A model generated the notes under the pieces. It was not told the DNA's origin and searched no databases. It worked only from the letters and a program-made list of their open reading frames with translations. From Felis catus (taxonomy: Eukaryota): 64,000 nucleotides of DNA. The stretch lies in assembly GCF_018350175.1 (NCBI RefSeq), contig NC_058368.1:182406001-182470000 (forward strand). The letters run 5' to 3'. The position numbers were made by a program, and so were the translations under genes. Within the stretch, counting starts at the first letter, position 1; every line of letters starts with the position of its first letter. This document shows, piece by piece, positions 24,021-36,302 of the stretch.

Positions 24021-26526
24021 TACTCATTGCTCCCACTAATTCTGCTATTAGTAATACAATTATTAATTTTTACAGTGGGTCTTAATTTTCTGAGAATGCA
24101 GGTAGCCGTTGTCAGACTCCAGAGATGGATATAAATGATGTCTATAAAATAAAATATATATAACTCAATTTCTGTTCATTTTTTCCTAAAGTAATTTTTA
24201 GTGTATGAGCAAAAGGGCTGGCCCTTATCGTTTGATGGCATAAAATACCTCATGGCAGAAAATGTTTTGGTCTCAAATAATTGCATCTATGAATTCAGGC
24301 AGCTACTCCAGCTAATGCCAGTGGATGGAAATGCATGTTGAATTCTATCTAATGTCGAACACTGCATGTAAAATCAAGCCATCAACTAAGAAGTGGTTAT
24401 GGCATGATCATTTCTATATTGTGTGACATGTTCCTGTTGTACTGTCAACAAACATAAACTTTAATCTCTACAAAAGGAGTTTCTGTAAACTGTATGTCAC
24501 ACTAATGCTTTTATTTTGCATGCCACTTTTCCCCAGAGAAATTCCTTTTACCTTGATTTCTTTACCACAATTGTAATTCATTTTTGACTGACACGCTGAC
24601 AAATCTATCCAATTTCTTTATATTATTGTACAGCCATTGATTATTTCAACATATTTTTGCTCTCTCTTTTTTCCTTTTTAAAATAAATACTTATCCTATT
24701 TTCTGCACAGATAGCTTTGAAAATATGTTCAAGTTCAAGGGGGGAAGTACATGTCCTCAATATTAGGCTTGCCATGTCTAATTTGAAATTCTGTGTCTTG
24801 ACTTTGGACAGCAGATTGAAATCATTTCCTCATCACCAAAAATGCCCTTTAGAATTTAAAATCTATCAGAATCAATATAGCGTGGTTTAAAAAACTGATG
24901 TGGCCTGTCTGTCTATACATAATAAATGAGCAAAATATTGAGATAACAATGGAGTTTTAAATTCAATTTTATGTCAAATTAGGCCAATCCCAAAATGGTG
25001 AAATAGGAATTGATATTTTACTAGACATTTGGATAACATGCTACTCCCTTTCTATTCGCTTCCCTAACACGCTATTCCCTTTCTCCAAATACTTTTTCCC
25101 CCTCCTGAAGACATTCCGCAACATGTTCCTCAAGGCCACATTATAGTTCTCTGTTCATCTTGACTTCTGATTAATTTATTAGCATCGTTCTCTATACCAC
25201 TTGCCTGTCTGCAGGCATTCATATTATAACCCATCAATGCTTAGCTTTCCTTCCTTTTTAAATGGGATCATAAAGAGTAGGGAGACATGGGTACTTTTAG
25301 AAATGCTTTCCATTTGGAACAATGGGTCTGTCTCTTTCTTGTTACCCTTGAAGGCAAGGACCTTAGTCACCTAAGTCTCTGCACAGTTCTATTCACATAA
25401 TTTCTACAAAATGTATATTTTTTGGCTGACAAAATTAATAAAATCTCATGAAGATGTTGATTTATACTCTGGTTTCTTATGTTCTATCACACTGATTAAA
25501 AGAATGTTCTTGAGAAGATCAACTTGGTTCCTATTTTACAAAGACCCTATATTTGTCCCTACATTTTCTCCTAAAATTGATTCTTTTGTTGAAGTGTTAC
25601 CCATTGTGATTATAAGCCTCCATATAGGTCATCCGTAGATGATCATTTTTAATACTGAAAAAAGTGAGAGCTCTTATTCAGGCCATCACTTCACCAGTGC
25701 ATTAAAACTCCCAAGTCAGTATTTATTTAAAATAAAATGAAAGTAAAATAATTTAAATAGCCCTTGTTTTATACACATATTTAAGTCAGGTTTGATAAAA
25801 CAAAGATACTTTTACAGTAAGTCTCACAAATTAAATTTTTAAAAAATTGCCTGGATTTGATTCATTCTATTCTGGTATTTTTAAATTGAGATCATTTCTC
25901 ACTTATTGTGAATTTGATATCAACTCATGAGAAAAGTGATATGCTGTCTATTACATTTATAATTTTAGAGCCCTGAAAAATAGACATATTTTCGTTGAGT
26001 TCAAAAATAAAATGGTTTATTGATTTCAACTATCCAGAGATGTTTTTGATTGTCAGGTACTCACAATTTGGTGGTAGATGTGTTGCTCCTTTTCTATGCA
26101 TTTGAAATCTTAGATCAAAACTACAAAGTATCATGAAAAGGCAATAAACCACAATGGACAATTGTGCTGATGACCATTCTATGGCTGAAGAATAAAGTAT
26201 TACAGCACTAAGCTATAACTTCTAACATGATGCTTAGTTATATCTAGGCTTAACAATGTCTTTTATGTTTTTTTTTTCCCCTTGTGTGGCAGAAAGGGAA
26301 ACAAATACAAACATTCTAGATTTAGTAGTCACATATGCTGCTCTCTTCCTCTTCATTTTCCCTTCCTTAATAAAACTTAGGATCAAGAGTTAAAGTTATA
26401 TTAACAACTTTCTGGCAATCCAACAAATTCTAATTTTCTCTTTTACTCAGATTCCCTTAATTAAAAAAATAGTCATTGAATTATTAGCTCATCTTTTTGT
26501 TACTGTTATTTTGTTTTATCTTTCAG

Positions 26527-26647
26527 GGCTGACTTCTCTTGAAAACCAACAACTTTTAGCTAAGATGATAGAGGTACTACAAAACAGATACTTTATTTTG
26601 GCTGGAATCCACCAATGTTGCAAATTATTTTCCAAATTAGGGCATAG
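26527..26647 (+). other. Candidate spliced exon (121 nt), host transcript unknown
   Basis: Acceptor ttattttgttttatctttcag|G, donor TAG|GTAAGC; one frame open throughout; no recognised product. Confidence 0.35.
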
Positions 26648-27380
26648 GTAAGCTTGCCATTCATATTTTACAATATCATAAGGTAGCATCATATTTGTTG
26701 AGTCTTTAATGTCTTATGACTCTACGGTAAACTAATGGAGATTCTCTTCTCGGAAACTGAGTGGGGAAGTCATTCCTGTAGAGTATGCCATTTCCAGACA
26801 ATGTTCTCTTAATTTTTTAATGTAACTATTATCGTGATTTATAATTGCATTGAACGTTCTCTGTAATATTTTTCAGTATATGTTCATTGTTATTAGGGAA
26901 ATTCTTAACTCTTTGGATAGGAGCATTCATGAACCTATTTAATAATGTAATACTTTCTTGAAAAAGGGTGCAAGCCTAACTTTTTTTAATGGATCAGATT
27001 TATACCTGCAAATATTGAAAAGCCTCCTATGTCTAAATAACTCTAACTCAGAGGGGTGTCGAATTTGAGAGCAGCTTTTCATCACTTGGCTTAGGAAGGA
27101 ATACAAAGTACCTATTAATTTTATATGTCATAATTTTTAACTGTTTTCTATTTTAGAATATCCACAGTTAATGTCTGCAGTGTGACTTAAAAACATTTGT
27201 AAAAAGTTCAAGTTCTTTCTTTTATAATTGTAATTAGATTAAAAATTCTGCTAATTGGTGGATTCTAACAGAGTAGTCAGAAAGCCAATATAAGTCAGTC
27301 AGAAATGACTGAGCAGAGGAGAGCAGGTCAAAATGTGTTTTCTATACTTACTGCACTGGCTTGACTTAATAGTGACTAGT

Positions 27381-27384
<4 letters not shown>

Positions 27385-27418
<34 letters not shown>
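27385..27418. repeat. poly(T) tract, 34 nt
   Basis: Directly visible. Confidence 0.97.
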
Positions 27419-27421
<3 letters not shown>

Positions 27422-27574
27422 GAGAAAAATGTGTTGAAGCTGCACTGGAGCACTAGCATTTCAAAATCTTTTCTACTGAGAATTCAAGAGAAGTGGGATC
27501 ACTATTAGGCTATGTCTATCATATCTATTACCCTTGATACTGGAGGGAGGTTGCTATAAATATGTTTCAGTCTT

Positions 27575-27785
27575 GGGGCGCCTGGGTGGCGCAGTCGGTT
27601 AAGCGTCCGACTTCAGCCAGGTCACGATCTCGCGGTCCGTGAGTTCGAGCCCCGCGTCAGGCTCTGGGCTGATGGCTCGGAGCCTGGAGCCTGTTTCTGA
27701 TTCTGTGTCTCCCTCTCTCTCTGCCCCTACCCCGTTCATGCTCTGTCTCTCTCTGTCCCAAAAAAAAAAAAAAAAAAAAAAAAAA
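27575..27785 (+). mobile_element. Young SINEC_Fc with pure poly(A) tail
   Basis: Near-consensus; TSD ATGTTTCAGTCTTG at 27562-27575 and 27785-27798. Confidence 0.98.
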
Positions 27786-30207
27786 TGTTTCAGTCTTGTA
27801 TTGCGAAGCATGAGCATAGGTGAATAGTGGCGCTCCAGCATATGAGTTATATATGCCTCTTGATAATGTATTAATACAGTAATTGCAAGACAGAATTTTA
27901 ATAAATTCTTCCCCTTATTCTTTTTCAAATGTCTCAAAATCAGGTTTGGTTATAGTAAAGTTTTGGACATCATTTTCCATTTATCCAAATAGCTAAGGAG
28001 AAAAGAACAATCTAATGCTAGGAAATACATTTACAAAAGTTAAATATTAGTTTGGAATTAAATATTAATTTCCTTATCTTTTTAATTTATTACATACTGG
28101 AGGTATCTAATAAAAAAGTTTAATTAGAAATTACAATCTGCCTCTCTTACCAATATTTATTCAATATATACAAAACAAATTAAAAAATAACATGAAAGTC
28201 AACAATGGGGGGGAAGTCTACTGAATTACTTATAGAATAATACTAAGAAAAAGTAGAGGGATCAACTAAATAACTGTCATTGGGCATAGAGTTGTTATAA
28301 TTTGGGGGCAACATAATTATGTATTTTTTAAATGAAACATGTGAGAGTTATCCTTATGGTAATAGAAATTCAAAAGATGGGGCAATGAATCCAGGTGAAC
28401 TAATCAAACACATCAATTATTAAGGAACCTTTCAGACACTAGTTTACATTCATTTTGTTATAGGAAAGTGATAACAGGGCAAACAAGTTTTTGCAAGATG
28501 TTTAGTGCTAGAAGCAATACCAGAAATTTTGATGGTTGAACACAATTTCTAATTTTACCACAAGTCAGCAATGTATTCATTTCAGCTAAGTGTGAAATAA
28601 CAACACACTACTTGTGCCCACAACCTAGCAAAAAGTCATTTTGGCAAAGCAAAAATGTCTACAGGAGATGAAAAATTATCTTTTGATGAAAGAATATAAA
28701 AAAAAATCCAGCACACAGCAGCAAGTTTTTGTTTTTGTTTTTAAAGACAGAGTGAGAATTAATCATGGAATTTTGAAAGGCAGGAGGAAGGAAAGTAGAA
28801 ACAAAGGTAGGAGGCAGGAAAGGAAAGAAAACATCAACATGAGCTATGATGTATGCCATAACTTCTGAGTCTTAGTTATCCTCTCAAATTTGCTACGAGA
28901 TTGATAGATTTGTAGGATGGGCTCTGTCTTCAGTTGCTAATTTGGGGGGCATACTAAAAAAAACTATGATATATACTAATTAGATATTTTATAAAACTGC
29001 TATGAAATTTAGAAGATAGATTAAAACACCAGGAAATTTATATTCTAGTAAACTATTAATTGTCTTTAGACAATAGGATGCAAATTTTCAGGTTCAACAC
29101 ATGAATTTGAACTATAAAAATATACTTAAAAAAAAAAAAAAACCTCTTCCTCTCATCTCTGGCCCCTAAAGTTTCTGAATTGAGATTGTCGATGCACTTA
29201 GTGTTTACTCCAGGTTAATTATGTGTGGTGGCCATGCCTCATTTTGGCATTGCATGCTACATAATTTATAATACATTACTTAATTTACAATCTGGCTAGA
29301 TTGTTTTGTTCTGTAGGGAGGCTCAAATGGAACATATTTCATTATCTTAGCTCCTAGAAGAACACTGTGGAGAATGAAATGGGCTTAAATTGGCATTCCT
29401 CACATTATGCTAGGTTTCAGAAAGACAGAGTCCAGTTGCTTTTAGCTAAATCAGACAAATGGTCTTTCCAAAATCCACCCGTATAAAACCCCTGGCCTAC
29501 ACATAGATATCATTATATACAAAGGCTGCCTTCATTGCTGGTAAAAAAATGAACATTTTTTAGTGATGCAAATTAAGAAGTCACAATCATTGCTACAAAT
29601 ACAGAATTAAAAAAAAATTATCTGCAAAATGTCACAAGTTGAAATATTCAGGTCTAACATTCATTTCTGTATTCCTCATGTTTCAAATTCTCTCCCACAT
29701 AGCATGCTTCTAGGATCTATGTCTTCTTCAGATGTTTTGTGATTTTCCTTTACAGAAACACCAAAGGGAAAAGAGAACAACCACCCGTGGCTCCCTGTAT
29801 GTGGCCATGACTTTTCTGACTCTCCTTAGTGTGTAAGTTGAGGTTTCTCCTGTGTGGGTCCCCTTAGCAGGGATTCGAAACTTTCTTCAAATTTCACCAC
29901 ACATGATGGTGGCTGTTGACATACATAATCTGTAAGTAGAACTGTCACATAGTAAAGGCAAGCTATGGCTTTGTGTTTTATGGGGTAAAGAGAGAGAGAG
30001 AAAAAAACACATGTATCATCTTAAGAGCTGCTTCCAGTATTCATCAGAGAAGGCCTCATTTTGCTTGGAGAACATGAATAAATGCACAGAATGATAACAA
30101 TCACAGCAAACTTGATATTTGGAAATAGAATATGAAACTCTGAGAACCCTAGGGCTGATGGTGAGAGGAAGGAAAAACCACTCCATATGGTTGAAAGGCC
30201 TGAAGAA

Positions 30208-30209
<2 letters not shown>

Positions 30210-30253
<44 letters not shown>
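30210..30253. repeat. (TG)n microsatellite
   Basis: Directly visible. Confidence 0.97.
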
Positions 30254-30254
<1 letters not shown>

Positions 30255-30834
30255 TATATGCACTTTTTTTTTTTAAGAGGAAGAAGGCACATAAGAGAGT
30301 GAAAGGAAGAGAAAAGAGGAGCAGAGAGAGAGAGAAGACAGGGGAGAATTCAGAACTTTTATGGCAAGGGTGCCAACCATGAAGCCCTTTAGGGCAACAA
30401 AAAAAGTTTTTGGAGAACTTTAAAGTCTAACATAATAATATTTTGTTATGTAGGACCTAATGTGGTACTTCTCTTATTAGCAACACTGTTCTAAAGATGA
30501 CTGTGCTTGTATGAGTGGGCTGATTTGTGGAAATGAGTTTCATGTCTGTGTCAACATGGTAAAGAACAGAGACCGAATGAAGACATATCCTGAAAACCTT
30601 GATCTTGTTGGAGATTTGCAGAAATCACATTGAGGAATTTGGTATTTCGGAGAATGTGGAATTGCAGTTAGGGTCATATCACTTCTTTCTGGCATGCAAT
30701 GTAAAGCATGCATTTCCAAGAAGTCCACCTGACATCTGACCTATGGTGTACAATTCCTTACTTGCAGGGCTCAGTGGATTGAGTGAAATGAGGTATGGAG
30801 GAGATATAAGGGGATGATAGGGACTGAGGGGACT

Positions 30835-30980
30835 CTCCTGTTTCCAACTCCACTGTTTCTGCGGCTCTTTAGTTTCACAGTATGTGGGCCATGTGAGAAC
30901 ATGGGCTCAGTGTTCCTAGAGTTACCTTTTGCTTTTCAAGAGAAGATCCAATTCTAAATATTTAGGTAAAATATCTACGC
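30835..30980. mobile_element. MER103-like hAT-Charlie fragment
   Basis: tgtgagaacatgggctcagtgttcctaga...ttttcaagagaagatc; resembles 2860-2975. Confidence 0.5.
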
Positions 30981-32112
30981 CCTTTTTATCCAATAATGTC
31001 TTTGAGTCACATTGATGTGAGGGCTACCAGTTTGCAAACCTTGCATACATATTCGCTGAAATCTCGCTCCTTTATGAAACCAATTAATACTGGTGATGTT
31101 AGTTCTTTTTCAGTTTATAAAAATACAAACCAAAATATTCATCTATCCCCTCCCAAATGGATGGCTCACATTTAACAGTCCAAGACTGAATTCCAAATAT
31201 CACATCCACATTTCATGAAGCAATGGGAAGAAACTTGACAATGTCAGAGACAATGTGGTATTCTCTACACTGTACCTAGAACTTTCTTCTCGCCAAGGGC
31301 AAAATAATGAAGCAGCCATCTCTTGAGGAAGAATTCCATAAGCTATCACTCGATATTCCAAATATAGACCACTGGCTTAAGCTCAGTCACATGGGTAAAC
31401 GTGCCTTGGAAATGTAGTCCTTTTCTGACTGCTCACTTCCATCTAAAAATTCTATTCACTTGAAATAAGAGTGGAGAATAAATTAGGAGATGTCCAGGAC
31501 AAACAGACAGCCAACCTCTATTAGCTGGTGCAAGAGGGACACTATAATATCAACAGTTTCCCATCTCTGTGACATACACTAAGACTTCTCATTATAAGGA
31601 AAGCAATCTACTTGGTTAAAGTGTTGATAATTTCATTCAGTCTCAGTTAACATGCTGGTGACATGACAGAGCAATAAAGTTCAAAGACATTTTTTTGAAC
31701 ATGTGCAGATATTTCAAAAAATAATGTTTTGAATTGTTAATGTTTAATTTAAAAACATCTCAAAAACAGAGAAAAGCAAAATAATCAATGTTATAGACAC
31801 TCAGGTCCCCACCAGCTAGATTTAACTGATATCAGCATACTGCCGTATAAGTTCTTTCTTTCTTAAAACACATTTTTATAGAAAATCACAATATGCAAAG
31901 CCCACGTGGAACTGAATTATCTGAAAATGAAGGAAGGCTCAGAATTCCACCCTTTGCACAACTCCCATTATCCCCAAACCTTTAGTGTTCTGCTGAATAT
32001 TGAATTGGCAAGATTTAACAAGGCACTGACAATCAAAGATAAATGAGTACCATTATCAGATTTAGACTTCTGAATATACAACTAGGAAAAATTAATCTAC
32101 AATACAACCATA

Positions 32113-32227
32113 CTTTTCTTCCTTCCCTCCCTCTCTCCTTTCTTCCCTTCCCTGCCCTTTCTCTCCCCTGCTTTCTCTTTTTTTTCCATTTCTTTCTTCC
32201 TTTTTCTCTTCTCTTCCTCTTTCCTTT
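32113..32227. repeat. CT-rich low-complexity tract
   Basis: Almost pure pyrimidine run of about 115 bp. Confidence 0.9.
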
Positions 32228-33029
32228 CAAAGGAGATCTTGGTTTTATTGTTACTTATTATACATGAAAAGGCTATTTTTTCTGACTTTGTTACTCATTT
32301 ACATTCTGAATAACTTCAGGAAATTTCTCAAGACATTTTGTTCTAATTCTCTACTTGAAGAAAATGATTTTTTGCAGATCTATCTATTACACACTAGAAG
32401 TGAAGTAAATCATATAAGTCATCGGTAAGAAGTCCATGGCTTTCGATTTTACATGATTATTTATAATACAACAAATGCTTTATCCTTTCATAAAGTCAAA
32501 TACATTTAAACTTCATAGAAAAACAACTAAGTGGTACTAAAAAGACTAAACAGATACTAACAGAAACATGATTATGTTATAATCAACTCCAGTCTGTGAC
32601 CTTCTGCACTTGGACTTCAACATGGGTCACATTTGGAAGCCTAGCTTAGTACTGCCCTGCGATTTTAAGCACTATCTATGCCATACCAGACTAACAGAGA
32701 ACAAAACAAAACAAAGAAGCTACACAGAGAGATGAGACTCACAATTCTAAAATGGGAATTCATCCAGAGATTCTTTTGCCACTTTGGCCATGATACACTT
32801 AACAATGTGGAACAGCAAGATGGCTGGCATGCAGAAAGCAGGGTCTCAAAATGTCAGGGATAAGTGGCATATTTCTGTGTAGCATAGCTATAGCAAACAT
32901 TTCATTTCCCCTGAAAAACTCAATTTGTCTAATTTATCTGAGACACGAGCCCCCGAGAGTTCCTGAACAAGTTTTACACAATGTATTCTGTACACTTCAA
33001 AAGTAAGAAATAAATATGATATGACTTAC

Positions 33030-33072
33030 CCTGACCTCCCTTCCAGTAATTTCTGCCTTCATGCACTCATTT
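33030..33072 (-). other. Candidate spliced exon (43 nt), host transcript unknown
   Basis: Minus strand: branch-point-like CACTAAC about 40 nt upstream, long polypyrimidine tract, TTTAG| acceptor, AGG|GTAAGT donor. Confidence 0.4.
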
Positions 33073-33235
33073 CTAAAGAAAAAAAATAAAAAAAGGCAAG
33101 AAGCACTTACCGTTAGTGTGCCTAGTAGTTATATAATTTAATCCAGAATATAATTCAGAAATTAACTACTGAAAGGAAGCTTTGCTTTTTTATTTTTGAC
33201 AAGTTGATGAAACTGTTTTTATATAAAAAAAAACC

Positions 33236-33372
33236 TTATTGAGGTATGATTGACATACAAAATGCTGTATTTGTTTAATGTGTACAACTTGATGAGTTTG
33301 AAGAGAAGTGTGTACCTGTGAAGTCATCACCACAATCTATATCATAAGCTCATCTATCACTTCTAAAGTTGC
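33236..33372 (-). mobile_element. Short L1MA/MB 3' end
   Basis: ttattgaggtatgattgacatacaaaa...tgtacaacttgatgagtttg...catcaccacaatc. Confidence 0.8.
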
Positions 33373-36034
33373 TTGTGAAAATTGTTTTAACATTTTCTAT
33401 CATTAACTATCCACTTTACTTGTTATAAGCCAAAGTACATCAGTACACATCTGTTCAGGAAACCCAGATTGCTCCCTTTTTCTTTCAGAATTCATCTGTC
33501 TTTAAACTTTTTAGTAAAATGTAGCTCTCTGATCTACACTTCACTTTGGAATTAAAAAAAAAATTCTTTAACTACATTGGAAAGAGAATACATGAACAAT
33601 TTGTCCCTTTCCTGTTATTTACTTAGGTCAACACTCCTCTCCCATTTACGCTTAGTTTTGTAATTATCTCATCTCTGAATATGTCTGCATTAATTTAGAA
33701 GAAACAATCAGGCAGTCAAATTCAATATGCATTAAGAAAAATGAGATTATGAGAATTTCACACGTTAACTATATATTTTCACTTTTCAAAATTAAGGGAT
33801 GAGGTGGATACGAAAGAGAAATAATGCATAAATGCTCAGATCATGAAAAGTTAATTTTCAAAATTTAAGCTTTTATATTTGATAAATGGCTTGTATTAAT
33901 TTTAAATATCAAAATTAAGCAGAAAAAAGGATTGCTACCTAGTGCAGTTTGATATAAGCCTGAGAAACAAGTAAAGATCAACATTTGTTAAAAACTGGAG
34001 AGTCACCTCTTTTTCTAATTTCTATTTTATTTAAGCCAAAGTTGAGCACCCCCATGGGTCCCCACTGTTGTTGGAATACCAAGTTATGGCTGGCATAGAC
34101 ACACTAGCTCTTGAGCCATTGGGCACAACTGGCAATAAAATAGTATAATAAGTTGGCACAACCACGTCCTTCTATCATATGGTGACAGGGAAAAGTAATG
34201 AAACCCACACCAACAACTATACCTAGGACGAAAATGCATTTACACAAAATATTTTATTTTTTTAAGGTTTTCATTTACAGCAGCCTGTTACCTGAGTGGT
34301 GCCAACAGTCCAGATCCTCATTGAGGAAAGTGAGAATTCACCTCCTGTTTCTTGGGAATTTCAGTTTTCCAATCATTTTGAAATGGTGGGTGACAAGCAT
34401 AGTCACCTCCTCACTCTGTAATACACCAGCAGGCCATCTTAGAGACAGGCTCTGAGGAACCGAACATCTCTACCCTCCATGGTAATGGATTTCATTTTGT
34501 ACTTCCCCCACCACTCTGGCCAGGGTTCTTTTAAGGTGACTTGGCTCTGAACTTTAAGAAAGATGTGTTGTTTTACATTAACACCAGAAGCTCTATACAT
34601 CAAGGAAAAAACTTCAAGTGATGGGAGCTTCAAACAGATTTCTAATCTTTACAGTCCTTCAGTACTTGTATTTTAAGAATGAAGGCATAATTTATTGGGG
34701 ATGAAACCGAATTGCTCAGCTCTCTGCTAATAGGATCCTCAGGGCAAAAAGGGTAGAGAAAGCATCATCATAAAAAGCAGAAAGCTTCACAATATTTTAA
34801 AATTTAAGCTAGAAACAATAAATTAATAATTATGTTTGCCATGATTATTGCCCATTAATGATAAATTGTTCTCATTGAGTAAATGGCACGATGAACTCAA
34901 GTGGCCCAGAGGATTAATAAAAGACTGCTTATATTGGCCTATGAAGCGTTGGTGATTGTTCCTATTTTGTTAAGAAAGCCATCAAGCCTTTTGCAGGGAC
35001 CCTCTTGTCCTTAAGCTTTTCTCTTCCTAGATTCAAGTCAATTGTGAAGATCTTTCTGTGTTTGCTACAGAACTGTAGTGGAGTCCCCATCTGGTAAAGT
35101 GAAACACTTTTTTTTTGTAGCCCAATCATGAAGATTTATTTTTCAATCAGGCCACATAATCACAGAAATGCTTAAACACCTTATACTGTCATTGTGGAGG
35201 GACGGAACAGCATTCTACAAAAGAATCATCACTGAAGCAATGGAGAGCCATCTGCCTAATTAGCCAGTGACGAAGATCGCCTTTGGTAAGCACAATATTA
35301 AAACTGTTTTCGGTTCTTCAAAGTGTGCTGTCCCGTCATCTTCCCTTGAAAATAATGAAAGGGAAGATACAATAACAGAGCACTAAAGTGGATGACATGT
35401 AGCAAGGGCTCCAGGCAAGCATTGTGTTTCCTCCTGTGAAAAGTACCACCATTTATTATCACTCATTAAAATTTAATTTCATATGCCATCTTTAAAAGGT
35501 CATTTTTTAAATTGGAATTTTGTAGACAATGTTACTGACTGGTTAACTACTGTGAAAAAACAAACCTTCATAGATTTATTGTTTTAAGCTATTATTAAAA
35601 AGGCACCTTAAAAAAAAACAAATTATTTCCCTCTCACAGACAAGATTATTCCACTTTCTCAGTAATTTCATTTACATAGTATTTTCAGTTGGTTTTTGCA
35701 CTAGAAGCACCTTGGAAACCTAATTAGCAAAGAACAATCATTAGCATCTAAAAGGTTTAAACCTATAACTTAAATATGACAAATTTAAACCAAGATGAAG
35801 ATGGTTAAGATAGAAAAAGCACTAAAATGGAAAGTGGAGTTTAACATGTCCTTTATTTGGATTTACTGCAATTAAAATCTATTTTTCTCCTACTGGACTT
35901 TATTTTATTACAGACTATGATTATTTTGACTCCTGATATAAAATGGTTTTATGTAGTTGTAAAGTTGTAATAAGTGTTAATATGTATAATACCAATATAA
36001 GATAATATCTTTATTCTCCAAAAGGAAAGCATAA

Positions 36035-36260
36035 CAAGTTTTTATGGAGCACCAACAATTGCAAACATGTATATACATTTTATTATTTAACCCTGTAAGA
36101 ACACATCAGGATAGGCATTGGGCCCATTTTGGAATCAAGGAAAGTGATGCACAGGAAAGATAAGTGGCATGCTAAAACCACGCAAGACAGTGGTAGAATG
36201 GGAAAATTGGAATACTAATCCAGGTTTCCCTGATTCCAATGGATTTCCTATAACCTAGGC
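36035..36260 (-). mobile_element. MIR SINE
   Basis: ttattatttaaccctgtaa...cccattttggaatcaaggaaagtgatgcacag...atccaggtttccctgattcc. Confidence 0.65.
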
Positions 36261-36302
36261 TATCGCCTGAATAAATAGATAGTATGTCTACCTCTAACAG
36301 AA

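Noticed and set aside
25201..25220. TGCCTGTCT resembling the start of miR-214-5p
   Set aside because: Only 9 nt match, with no precursor hairpin or 3' arm.
27599..27937. Recurrent ORFs such as ...WDRERQSMNG.GAEREGDTESETGSRL... (also 37725, 58796; other frames at 15355, 19331, 58855)
   Set aside because: They are translations of CAN-SINE sequence, not a gene family.
32033..32267. K/R/E-rich and F/L/P-rich ORFs
   Set aside because: Translations of a polypyrimidine/polypurine low-complexity tract.
35031..35285. Two consecutive exons 35031-35093 and 35151-35285
   Set aside because: The implied 57-nt intron is below the usual mammalian minimum; at most these are alternative sites.
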